From NCBI GenBank assembly GCA_964016885.1, contig OZ024743.1, forward strand, positions 202,554,001 through 202,618,000: a stretch of 64,000 nt of DNA, written 5' to 3'. Every line of letters begins with the position of its first letter. Position 1 is the first letter of the stretch. The notes beneath the pieces were generated by a model that saw only the letters and a list, made by a program, of their open reading frames with translations, was not told the origin of the DNA and did not search any database. Of the stretch, positions 13,522 to 26,460 are shown piece after piece. Position numbers and translations under genes: made by a program. The DNA comes from Eledone cirrhosa. Taxonomy: Eukaryota.

Positions 13522-13533
13522 GTTATTGTTATT

Positions 13534-16500
13534 CCTTGAATCTCAGTCATTGATGTTGGTTAACTGGAAAGTCCGTTGGATTGAATATCAAGCCACTAGC
13601 TGCAGCCTCAGATATTCAGGACGTATCGGAGGGTTCTTGCCGTTCCAAGCAAGCATGCCTTTTGAAGCGTTCCAAAAAGCGTGAAGGGGCCGATTTTCTT
13701 TAACCATCCCTGGAAACCTTTGGAGATAGTCCCCAGTGCGCCTATGACAATCGGGATCACTTTGACTTCATGGCAGTTCCAAATCCTTTTCACCTCCCAC
13801 TTTAGGTCCTGGTATCGGTTAATTTTCTCCCTCTCCTTCTCTTGCACTCTCGTGTCGAACGGGCAGGCCACATCCACAATCAGGCACGATCTTTTTTCTT
13901 TGTCCACAACCACCAGGTCAGGTCTATTGTGTTCCAGTTTTTTGTCCGTCTGTATCCTAAAATCCCACAGCACCTTCACCTGACTGTTCTCCATCACCGC
14001 CTCTGGCCTATGCTCATACTATTTCTCAGAATGTGGTAGATTGTTTACTTTGCACAGGTGCCAGTGGATCACCCTGCCCATCACATCGTGTCTCCAGCCC
14101 TTATAGTGGGTCTGGGCTAGGTGTTTACACTCGGACACAATGTGAGCCACAGTCTCCTCTCTCTCTCCACAGATCCTGCACAGTGGGCTAGCCTCCTCCT
14201 TGTAGATATGGTGCTTCAACCACTTCGTTTTGAGGGCCTGCTCCTGCGCAGCCATTAGCATTCCTTCTGTAGCCTTTTTGAGGTCTCCTCTTCTCAACCA
14301 GTTCCATGTCTGTGGATCTCTAAATTCAGTTTTCTCAAAGAAGGTACTATGAAGGGATTTTCCCTTAAGGCTGCTCTTCCTCCTTGATGTTATTTCCTCC
14401 TTGGGTATCCCCTGGCCTACTGTCCCCTCCTTCAGTACAGCTCTGAGCATTGGCTCCTTACTATAGGTCACGTATTTGTATAGGTTGTTTTTCTCCATCT
14501 GAACACAGTCCTCTATGCTGATAAGACCTCTTCCACCCTCAGATCTCCTTAGGTAGAGTCTATCGACATCACTCCTCTTGTGGAACATGTTGTAGATAGT
14601 CAGTAGCTTCCTAGTCTTCCTATCCATTTCTTTTTGTTCAGCAACATTCCATCTCAGAATTCCCGCACTGTACCTAATAATAGACACAGCTCGGGAATTT
14701 ACTGCGCTTATGGCATTTCTGCTGTTCAGATGTGACTTCAATACGCTCCTTACTCTCCGAATGTATTCAGTTCTTAACAATTCCTTCATTTTTTTGTTCT
14801 TTATGCCATCAGCCTCCAGAACGCCCAAATACTTGTATCCTTCCTCAGAGTCAATTTCTTTTATCATCTCACCTGTTGGTATCTGGATCCCGTTACTTCT
14901 GCTCAACCTACTCCTCCTCATCACAATGACTCCACATTTACCAATACCAAACTGCATACATATATCACTGCTGAAAATACGGACAGTGTCAACAAGCACA
15001 TCCAACTCCTTCTCACTTTTCCCGAAGAGCTTAAGATCGTCCATGAAGAGGAGGTGATTGATGGTAAGCTCTCCCCTTCCCAACTTGTATCCTGCTCTCA
15101 CTTTTCGCAGCATAATGGTCAAGGGCATCAGGGCAAGGACAAACAACAGAGGGGACAGGCTATCTCCCTGGAAGATACCTCTCTTGATCTTTACGCTTCC
15201 CAAGGATACTCCAGTTGATGTCAACTCTGTCTCCCAGGACCCCATACTCCTGCCCAGCAACTGTCTGATGTTATCTGCCACCCTGAAGATCTCCAGGCTT
15301 TTGGTGATCCAGGAATGAGGCACCATGTCAAATGCCTTTCTGTAGTCTATCCATCCCATGGCAAGATCAGTGTGTCTCCTCCTGCAATTCCCCATTACCA
15401 TCTTATCAATAAGCAACTGGTCCTTTGTACCACGTGACTTCTTTCGGCATCCTTTCTGTTCGTCCGGCAACAAGTTGTTTGTGTGGAGGTGATGGTAGAT
15501 TTCCTCAGACACAATGCTCGTCAACAGTTTCCACATTACGGGCAGACATGTGATAGGTCTATAGTTGGTAACATCATTACCCTTGATTCGGTCTTTCATT
15601 ATCAGAACTGTGGTACCTTTTGTCAACCACTCTGGCACCTCACCCGACACCAAGCAGTCATTGAACATGGCCGTCAGCTTCGGGTGGAGGGATGTTAAAT
15701 GTTTAATCCAATACCCCTGCACACCATCTGGGCCTGGTGATTTCCAGTTGGTTAGTTTTTTGGCTTGCCCCTTAAGAGTTTCAACTGTGATACTCAAATC
15801 AGTCTGTTGCTGTGCCTGCTCACCGATCTCCCTCTGTACTGTCTCAATCCACCCTGCCTGGGCATTGTGTCTAACATCCTGCTCCCATATTCCTCTCCAG
15901 AATGTTTTAGCTTGTTCCGCCCCAGGGATCAAGTCGTTGCCTCTTTCTTTCCCCTCAAGCTGTCCAAACAGCATCTTCTGGTTGTTGTCGAACATGCGGT
16001 TCTGTTTATACTGACTGACTCTGTTCTCGTATCGCCTGATTTTGGCACTCTTTGCTACAATGCGTTGCTTCAATTCCTCTATGATAATATTTAGCTTTTT
16101 ACTCCTAGTTTTGTATTTTATTTCCAGTCTATTTTTAGTGCCTATGTTTTTTAGTGTCCCATTCAGTAGTGACTCAAGCTTTCCTATGTCATTTCTCATT
16201 TCCCCGATTTGCCCACTCAGTCGCTTCTTCCACCACGGCTCTGCTCTTTCTTGTCTGTTGTTTCCTCTCGCTTTTATACCAAGTAGTTTCCTCACCGTAT
16301 TTGCTGTTGCTTTGAGGATATTGTTGCACTGGTGAAGACTCCTCGCCTCAAGGTATGGGATGACTTTGTTTACCTTAGCTGTTGTTTCTTTTAACTTTTT
16401 CCTGTCTACAAATCTTAGGTTCATAGGTCTCCCACTATCATTGTTCAACTCATCTACCACTAAATTTAGGATGTCAACCGAATCTTGTCCTAGCCCGTCA

Positions 16501-17239
16501 GCATTCATCTCCTCAGTGGCCGTATCTCTGTTCCAGGTATTATTTATCTCAGTATTCAGATCATTGTCTGCTTCGGGTGGTTCCTCCGTTCTCAGGACCT
16601 CCTCACCTTCATTTCCCGCCGGCTCGCTTGTCTGGCATACTACACCCGCCATCTCCAAGCCATTCTCTCTGCTCAGTTCCTCCAGTTCCAGCTCGCTTAT
16701 CCACCCATTAGTTCTTATTACCCGAGCCTGCCCGGCCAATTTTTGTTCATCTAATTTAAATAAACCAATCTCGTTCCAGATGTTATGCATCCGTCTCCTG
16801 TAGCCCCTCTCCTTGGGGTTACTTTTCAGGTAGCATTGCATAACAGTTCTATTCAATTCTTTCGTCCAGTTGGTTCTGGCCCCTTTCCTTCTTCTTCTTC
16901 CTCCAACATCAGCAGTATTTGGTTGACAGTCAGGTTCCTGCTGCTGAGCCAGGGGGCACCTGTTGGGTGAGAGTCTGTCACATGACGTTCTAGTCTCCAT
17001 TTCACCGTTATTCGAACTGTTTATGTTCGATATTTAAACACTCTTATCGAGGATTGGCGAATGTATATTTACATAGCCATCTGTGGATCCGCCATCCCAC
17101 TTGACCCTTGTGTGACATTATCACCACGCTGTATACGGACACACATAAACAAACAAACACACGGGCAGAAAGGGCCCCAAAAATGAATAAGCATAAGTTT
17201 CATTGTAATGTAGTATTCGAATGTCTGACTTAGTTTTTG

Positions 17240-17242
<3 letters not shown>
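13534..17242 (-). mobile_element. Dong family B, full-length copy with a single premature TAG at 14019-14021
   Basis: ORF 14019-17000 (993 aa) plus in-frame RLE part ending at 13608; 5'UTR 17001-17242 abuts (TTA)n 17242-17309. Confidence 0.96.
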
Positions 17243-17312
<70 letters not shown>

Positions 17313-19089
17313 AATAATAATAATGAAGACTTTCACATAATCCAAATATATGTTTTATTATATATATTTCGAAGGTACTGTGCTGTTTTTTCAGTACGTC
17401 CTCGTCAGATTAAATACATGAATTGATGCATGACATACCTCAACTGTCTACATAGTTCAATTCCATATTCTGAATAATAATAACTCCAGAAAACTCCATT
17501 GTAGAGTGCTTTTAATCTATTGTAAAACTATATTCATTGAGTAATCAATGAACCATATTAATCTTGAGTTATATATATATATATATATATACACATATGT
17601 GTGTGTGTATATATATAGAGAGAAGGGAGAGAGGGAGGGAGATATATAGATATATAGATAAGTTAATAGATAGGTATATAGATGGATAGATCTCTATCTG
17701 TATAAATCTGTGTGAGTAAATCTCTACTAACTTGATTTATATGAATGGTTTACTCCGTCATTTCATCGCCATTTCTTTTAATTGCTCATAAATACAATAC
17801 ATGTGTCAGGTATGAATATGTGTGAAATGTTGTTGGCTGGTGTTAGGTTTAACCAAATGTATGTGTAGAATGTGGTAGTCATTGTTAATACTCGAATACT
17901 ATAGGAAATCTATGTCGTACTGTAAATGACTGTGCACATTCGTTCGAAACAAACCTCATTGAATAGTAATTTTTATCGTTGTATTGATATGTAATCATTG
18001 AAAATATATCCTTATTAAATATTTACATTTGTTTTCGTTACAGATATATTCAGCATGGTGTATATTTATCTTTATGTAAGCACAGCCACAATTTAGGATA
18101 TGTCTATCTCAGCTATGTAAATAATATAACTTCGTATGGTTATTCTGTAAATATTCTTTCTTGCTGATAACCTTCCATATGCAGTTGTGATCCACATGGA
18201 ACCGACACGTTTCATACTTGTCTTGAACAAATAGCGGGTTTTGAAACGTCAACGTAAGGGAGCAATGCATAGCCTCTTTCAACGGCAGAAAGCTTCAATT
18301 GCTTCATATACCTAGAAAAAACTATCTAGTACCAACCACCTCATGCGCCTTCACTAAATATAGAATACACAAAACTAAGATCCTCCCTAAATATTCTAAA
18401 TCTTAACATCTTTAATGTATTCTAATATTGACTTGGAAAATAGAGAGATTTTCGGAGAAAATGCATATTTAGTTAGGCTTCATTCAATAAATCTAACCCA
18501 TATCGACTTTGCCTGTTATGGGTCCGGAATCAATAAAGAATCGGTTGAGTAATGGAGTTGAACTAATTGGTTACACAAGAATTCTGTGTCAATGTGCTCG
18601 TATTTGAATCACACACGTCATTGTATCTCACATGTTGGATAAATATTCTGAGAACAAAAGTAACCGAGCGCCGTCACACTACATGCATTGAACAAGACCT
18701 TTATATATAAGAGTATTACTTCCTCTAAAATTATCAAGGTAATAGACAACATTAAAGAAACTTCAATGAAGGTGCCTTGCTGTGGTGTCTTGACATGCTA
18801 GAAATAAGAGCAAAATATTCCTCGAAGCAGACAAATTGTAAAAAAATGAAACATTGCGAAACGTGATCAGGAGATGCCTGTCCTCAGGAAAGAGTCACAA
18901 TGATCAGGTTTCGACTGGCTTTTGCTGATATATCAGGGGTGACCGGCCATAGTCCAGTCTGGTGTTGGATAAAGATTATATATATATATATATATATATA
19001 TTTCACTAAGAAGGAAAAGTATTTTTCTCATTTATAATTTTGTTTTACTTACCGAACAAACAACGAAATACAAATATGTATAAATTAGT

Positions 19090-19500
19090 CATAGGATAGG
19101 AGGAAGAAGGAGTTCCATGATCTTATCCGGAGTCTCTGACAATGGGGGGGGGGGGGGGCTTCGGAAAGGAATCTGACTGATTTATATGGTGGGGGATTGC
19201 GAATGTCACCAGACAGAAGTAATTGTCCTTCCAATGGTCATTCAATCAGTTGGAAAGCAAACGGCTTATCTGTGCAGGTTTGCCTTCTCCTATATATTTA
19301 GCATAATCAATTATATTGAATCAAATATTTGATATGTGATATATCTTATATAATGTGGGAATTGAGCGGAAAGGGCTGTAGCTAAATATCGTGAGGCAGG
19401 TCAACCTCCTCTCTAACGATTCTGCAAATCCACTGAACTAATATTGATGTTAAGGGAGGTTCACAATGTATTGATATCGACAAAGAATATTTCTTCGTCT
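19090..19500 (+). pseudogene. Possible highly decayed Penelope-like GIY-YIG region
   Basis: Scattered motifs CECH..NCPSNG and ISYIMWEL resemble the clearer remnant at 57511-58010; many frameshifts. Confidence 0.3.
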
Positions 19501-19797
19501 CAGGTACATATCAAATAATTATTTTATCGATCATCGCTCCCAATCATAAATGGTAAAATAAACACCAAGTCCAGCTTAATTTCTGTTCGGAACGCACGAA
19601 AGACAGAACTAAATACAATAAAAAAAAATGTAATTTGTCTGACGCTCTACTGATCCTGATCGTTTCACCGTACTAACTCTATTTCGTATTGCGTGTGTGA
19701 GTGTATATCTATAGGCGTACAGGGACATATGTGCATAAATCCATTTGAGATATCTAAAATATGTATATTTCTGTGTTCAGGTATATAAATATATATA

Positions 19798-19863
<66 letters not shown>

Positions 19864-20587
19864 ATATATCGGAGAGTAGATGTTAGTGTTTATTTACGTA
19901 GATATGTACATGAATAGGATTCTTGTACTGCATGTATATATATAAGAAAAGCAAATACACTATTTTTTGTTTGTAATTATGTATGCCTTTATATTTATAT
20001 ATACATATATACACAATAAGGCAACCCACACGCATATATACACACAGAGTTATATATATATATATATATATATACATATATATAAACAAATGATTTTATT
20101 CTTATATACATATAAGTTTTCCATGCACACATATATATATATATATATATACACTGTATATATATATATATGGAGGCATTATGACATCCTTCAATCCTTC
20201 ATGTCTTATCACCATTGATGTATTTTTGAAACAGATTGTCATTGCCAAAAACCTAATCTGTGAATAATCACGGAGATTAAGATGGCTATGTCCAGTAACT
20301 GTAAATAGAATGTCTGTGAGATTGTTAGATATTTCCAAATAAATGCTCTTGCTGGAATTATCTCCTCACTGATCGATTTAATCAATATATGAACCAATCC
20401 TGAGACTGAACAACATAAATAGTATCGTTACCCTGGAAAGCGAACATCACTTATACATTTATAAATAGTGTAATACACAAACGCACATGCAGGCACAAAC
20501 ATATCAGGAAAGGGAGAGACAAATATTACACAGATTCTCCCACTCAATCTCTCTCTGTATTCTCTCCTTCTTACATACACTTTCATA

Positions 20588-20618
<31 letters not shown>

Positions 20619-20689
20619 TGCTCTCTATCCCTCTCTCTCTCTTTCTCTCCCTCTCTCTATTTATCTATCTATCTCCCTCTATTTCTCTC

Positions 20690-20724
<35 letters not shown>

Positions 20725-20728
<4 letters not shown>

Positions 20729-21337
20729 AGTGTAATTTACTACACAAAACGAAGGTTATAGAGAAAATTGAGGTTGGTAATGGCACATGGAATATATAAG
20801 AGACAGAATACTTTTTTGCGAAAAAACATATAATTTTATAAGGTAAGGAAATAATAAAGGGTATAAAAAATGACCGGTTTCGATGGGTTTGCAAAAGCCA
20901 TCTTTTCAAATGTTGATTAATATTAAGAAAAATTAATAATAATAAGAGTTAAAATTTGAGATTTGAAAATTCAAGTATAAAATTCATTGTGGGATTTCAT
21001 AGTAGTTTTCATCTTGGTAGCCGCAAGTTGACTGCTGTGTGCCTTTCTGCCTACCAGAAAGGCACACAGCAGTCAACTTGCGGCTACCAAGATGAAAACT
21101 ACTATGAAATCCCACAATGAATTTTATACTTGAATTTTCAAATCTCAAATTTTAACTCTTCTTATTATTAATTTTTCTTAATATTAATCAACATTTGAAA
21201 AGATGGCTTTTGCAGACCCATCGAAACCGGTCATTTTTTATACCCTTTATTATTTCCTTACCTTATAAAATTATGTTTTTTCACAAAAAAGTATTCTGTC
21301 TCTTATATATTCCATGTGCCATTACCAACCTCAATTT

Positions 21338-21342
<5 letters not shown>
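20725..21342. mobile_element. Palindromic non-coding element 1 (arms ~20760-21049 and 21055-21342) between TA/TC microsatellites; Penelope pLTR-like
   Basis: Near-perfect ~290-bp inverted repeat with 5-nt spacer CCTAC; each arm carries a hammerhead-like motif. Confidence 0.9.
21190..21237 (+). ncRNA. Minimal type I hammerhead ribozyme-like motif, U3-A8 variant (mirror copy 20867-20914 on minus)
   Basis: UUGAAAA, stem II GAUGG/CCAUC, GAAA, palindromic helix III A-CCGG-U, GUC site; stem I imperfect (AACAU/AUUUU). Confidence 0.6.
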
Positions 21343-21383
<41 letters not shown>

Positions 21384-21409
21384 CATTTATATATATATAT
21401 ATATATATT

Positions 21410-21478
<69 letters not shown>

Positions 21479-21640
21479 CATATATTGACAGTCGATTGAT
21501 TTTCCGTGAGAATGGGATAGAGGAAACAAAGTCTTCATTGTGCTTTCCAATTGCTAATACTATCTATCAGTCGCAAATCCAGGTAAAAGTAGCAACGTGA
21601 AATAAGTTGTCTTGTTGAGGGAAACAAGTTTGTGTATATA

Positions 21641-21677
<37 letters not shown>

Positions 21678-21680
21678 CAT

Positions 21681-21898
21681 ATAAGAAAAGAGTTACGACC
21701 CCGATGGCTGAGCTCCGGTCCTTTCGGTTGCTAGATCCGACAGCTAGATTCGACAGCTAGTACGGATCTAGCTGTCTAAACGGCAGGAGCTCAGCCGTTT
21801 TGGTCTAACACTTTTCCTATTACCCACTCTACTACCCTAATTCTCGAGTACTCTGGTACGTTATAGTCCACCGTGTTCCTTACCACACTTTCTTTGTT
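21681..21898 (+). repeat. Hairpin-headed repeat family (GACCCCGAYGGCTGAGCTC...GAGCTCAGCCGTCGGGGTC) in (TA)n
   Basis: Imperfect palindrome 21681-21820 plus a unique tail also seen inverted at 30636-30680. Confidence 0.7.
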
Positions 21899-21942
21899 AT
21901 ATATGTATATATATATTCATATATATATATATAATACGCGCG

Positions 21943-21988
<46 letters not shown>

Positions 21989-22259
21989 CGTGTGATGAAT
22001 TAACTATTTATCATGAAAGCAAACATATTATCCTATGCACGATGAAAATAACAAACTGGTTTTATATTTATTTATGTCTTTACAGCGAAGTAGATTACTC
22101 AAATTTGTAGGTAGGTTTGCATTAAATGCGTAATAGACTTTGTAATACATGGCGTGTTCTGTATATCAGCACGAGAAATAATCTATAGTCTTTACAGTTA
22201 AGTGTATCTTAGATTTTAACACATAGACACATATACACAGGTACTCTCCCACAAACCCC

Positions 22260-22291
<32 letters not shown>

Positions 22292-22372
22292 AAATGTAAG
22301 GGAAACGCAAACATAAGACAATTCCTGTGTTTCCCATACATTTCTAAACACTCTTTATTAGTAACCACACGG

Positions 22373-22486
22373 TGGAGTTCAAATGCCGCCAAGGTTAACT
22401 TTGCCATTCATCCTTACGGGGTCGATAAAATAAAGTACCAGTAACACACTGGGATAATTGCTGGCCTTGTGCCAAAAGAAGAAACG
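22373..22486 (+). mobile_element. 5'-truncated SINE with 16-bp TSD
   Basis: TSD ATTAGTAACCACACGG at 22357-22372 and 22487-22502; family core sequence. Confidence 0.88.
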
Positions 22487-22544
22487 ATTAGTAACCACAC
22501 GGCACCCTGTCCCGTTTCATTCTTATGTGTATATATATACACAC

Positions 22545-22575
<31 letters not shown>

Positions 22576-22731
22576 CGACATGCACCGTAGCATTGAGAAC
22601 GCTTAACATAACTACATAAACTTACATGAATTACCCATGTATTACATTTGGAATAACGTTTCACATCACTATATTTGCTGTTTTATTCACATTTGTAGAC
22701 ACCAAGCTCGTAAGGTAATTTAGGTCTTTCT

Positions 22732-22781
<50 letters not shown>

Positions 22782-23388
22782 AGTTGTATATCTCGCTAAG
22801 CTTCTTCAAAAGTGTATAATGCGTATATGAGTGAGCAAAAATAATAACAAAAGAAATCAACACTATTCCAAATCCGAGGAATTTTATTAAAGAATTTGGT
22901 ACGAAATTACCTAGTTCCATCAAACTAATATAATTCACATCTAACAGTCGATACAGCTACAGTTTAACAACCAAGAACATGCAGATGTCTCCAAGAAAGA
23001 TTGATTTATCGAGCTGCTTCGTCTAAGACACATGGTAACCTAATTGAAATATCCACTTGTCTTGAAACATACAAAGAGCCAAATCAGATGTAATTTCCTA
23101 AAAAATATTTCAGACAAGCAACGGAAAGGAAGTTTACATACAATATATGTGTCGCAATAACACGAGATTAGTGGGTGTATATTGAAAGCTATTGACGCAT
23201 AAATAATAGACCTTACACACATAAACATGCGCATACATACACACAAACACACACACAAACATATATATATAAATATATATATATACATACATATACATGT
23301 ATATATATATATATAATATATATATATATATACAGAGAAATAGACACACATGCACACACATACACACACACACATATATATGTATATA

Positions 23389-23454
<66 letters not shown>

Positions 23455-23461
<7 letters not shown>

Positions 23462-23831
23462 AAAAAGGGATGAAATCGAAAATGCAACTGAAGTCTTATT
23501 TTTTTTTTTTTAAATATATATATTTATTTGGTTCCTTTACCGGTTTCGCAGTTCTTCTGCTTTTCAAAAGGTGAGTTGAGATGGAGGGTCTGTGGTTTTT
23601 CTCACATCAGATGTGAGAAAAACCACAGACCCTCCATCTCAACTCACCTTTTGAAAAGCAGAAGAACTGCGAAACCGGTAAAGGAACCAAATAAATATAT
23701 ATATTTAAAAAAAAAAAAAAAAAAAAAAAAAATAAGACTTCAGTTGCATTTTCGATTTCATCCCTTTTTCTTTATACTTCCACTCGTGTAGGACACCTCG
23801 GTTATTTTTCATTTTGTAAAAAAAACCTCAC

Positions 23832-23838
<7 letters not shown>
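23455..23838. mobile_element. Palindromic non-coding element 2 (arms ~23455-23608 and 23610-23776) in (TA)n
   Basis: Perfect inverted repeat apart from poly-A/T length; 1-nt spacer at 23609; hammerhead motif in each arm. Confidence 0.9.
23647..23684 (+). ncRNA. Minimal type I hammerhead ribozyme, U3-A8 variant (mirror copy 23534-23571 on minus)
   Basis: CCUU-UUGAAAA-GCAG(aagaa)CUGC-GAAA-CCGG-UA-AAGG: stems I and II pair perfectly, helix III palindromic, GUA site. Confidence 0.75.
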
Positions 23839-23864
<26 letters not shown>

Positions 23865-24139
23865 GTAAATTGGTCATATTTGGAAACATCTACAATGCAG
23901 ATGGATAAATCTTCGGTGACAAAATCATGGGGCAGTAAGAAGAATGGTGATAGAATAGGAATGCAGGAAATACGAAACAGGAATGTAAAATAAAATGTGA
24001 ACTAAGGACGAATTTAACTTACATTCGATGTATTAGTCCCTATATTTCGGATTTCTCATTCTTCATCAGGTTGTGTCAGAAGGAACTTCGGAGCTTTGTG
24101 GCAGAAACATCCAGTGGCCTTGGAATGTTAGTGTCAGTC

Positions 24140-24170
<31 letters not shown>

Positions 24171-24206
24171 AATATATTTATCTACATATATAGTCATATA
24201 CATATC

Positions 24207-24328
<122 letters not shown>

Positions 24329-25844
24329 TATACATCCATTCATATATTGATGTAATTTTTTTATACATCCTCTGCAGTGGGGTGAAAGGCAATGTCGACA
24401 TAAGGGAGTAATACTCATATATCGTAAAGTGCATATAACAAAATACGTTAAAACGGTTTCTTTGGTACATAATCGATTCCACTAGAGACTACACGTTATC
24501 TTCACCAGTCATTAAGTGTTAAGTGGGGAGCTTGTGCGTACCGCTCAACCCTGCCTTGTTAATAATGAAAGCTATATTGAATAATGTATTCCACGTGAAT
24601 ACAGAAGGGGTTGTCATAACAGGAACGTATTTGTCGCAAAATAAGATCACGGGCAGACATAGGCATAATAAAACCGACACTCTCAACAAGGGCATCACCA
24701 ACGAGAAAAAGCAAATATTAAGATATTGTTATATTTTGGGAGGGTCATGTTGTTCTAATATTGACAGACAAATATAGTAAAACCTCACTGTTTGCTTTGA
24801 ATTTCAATTCAGTATATCATTATATTTCTCAAAATAATTTCGCTGGCAATCAATGTTTATCATTGATTGTCCAACAGTTAAAAAATATTCATAATTCAAC
24901 TCAAAATAATTACTTGCCTCCTTGGAAGATTTTTTATTTAAATAAGGTCAACATTTTAAATGATGTTCTGGATTAAGTGACATGTCGTCGGCGATTTCAT
25001 TTCAATTAAAATTTACATTTTATATCCTCGACACGTTGTTGACCTTAACTCTGCACGCTCTCTAGTCAACAGAAATCAATATTGATTAGCAAGAGGCGAA
25101 GGTTTTCGAACAAATGCTAAGATGCTGAACATCTGCAGCCGCCATAATATTTCGAATCATAGTTTTCCAATCAATTATATTCATTTCACACTGTGAAAGT
25201 ACGTGGTATAGAAGTTTGGATACTGGCTATACGATCAAAAGACCGTGAATTAGCAGCGCATTGTACCTTGAACAGGATATTTCATATCATGTTGCTTTTC
25301 CTATCTATCAGTAAAACACCATAGAAACATTCTATTGGGTATAGATTAGTATGAAGCTAGCTAAAGCTGCGTACTTGTTATCTGGAAACCACAACCTTAA
25401 TGTATTACTTAATTAAATATATAAGGAAAAATGTAAATATTTCCGGTATACATTAACAGGTTTTGCCATACAACCAAATACTATAAAAATTAGTGGTCAT
25501 TGGTTTCACTCTGGCCATGACGGATTCAGTCAGCCATACTTAAAACAAAGTTTTAATTTCATCACAGCTTATGTCTTTGTTTCTCAGCTCTATTTCAGCT
25601 GTACACATTCTATTGTCAACCTTGCTTTACATGTTTTTCAATTTTAATTAATCTTTTTATTTAAATCACATTAATGTCACCAAATCTATAAGAGAATATG
25701 CCCCGAGGCATCGTAACTGGTCGAAGCCGAGGGCACCCTCCTGTAACACTATACCTATTTTCTATAAATTCTCTGCAACATTATAAGCATCGATTAATGC
25801 GACAATTTGCCATCTACCCTATTCTCAAACAGTGAACAAATCAC

Positions 25845-25959
25845 TCATACATATACACATACATACATAAAAACAAAAATACATGCACACACGCACATAT
25901 ACCTACATACAAACACACATACATACATGCATACATACATACATACATACATACATACA

Positions 25960-25993
<34 letters not shown>

Positions 25994-26079
25994 CATGATG
26001 GCTGCCCCCTCGTTATCGAGTATGGCCATTGCACAATAAAAAAAAATAAAAAAAATAAAATAAATAAATAAAATAAAAA

Positions 26080-26124
<45 letters not shown>

Positions 26125-26146
26125 AAAAAAAAAAAAAAGGGAAAAG

Positions 26147-26181
<35 letters not shown>

Positions 26182-26297
26182 TACATATATATATACACAT
26201 ATATATACACACACACATACATACACATACATACATATATACACACACACATACATACACATACACTCACACATATATACACACATACATTAATAAC

Positions 26298-26343
<46 letters not shown>

Positions 26344-26422
26344 GCAATAATAATAATAACGACAACAACAATAATAATATACATATTCATATATATATAC
26401 ACACACACGCACGCACATAAGC

Positions 26423-26457
<35 letters not shown>
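25845..26457. repeat. Compound microsatellite block (ACAT, AAT, TA, CA)
   Basis: Directly visible; includes a ~42-bp repeat (25992-26033) also found at 29511-29553. Confidence 0.85.

Positions 26458-26460
<3 letters not shown>

Noticed and set aside
13457-13550. Poly-Ile N-terminus fusing adjacent Dong copies in ORF 11544-13550
   Set aside because: Chance read-through of the (AAT)n spacer
1085-16970. Antisense ORFs repeated in each Dong copy
   Set aside because: Shadow frames of the RT ORF; recurrence reflects copy identity
18030-18080. Possible micro-exon (TTTTCGTTACAG...GTAAGC)
   Set aside because: Splice-like words are common in AT-rich DNA; no further support
24519-24777. Short ORFs, one with a hydrophobic N-terminus
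   Set aside because: Non-ATG start, no motif or gene structure
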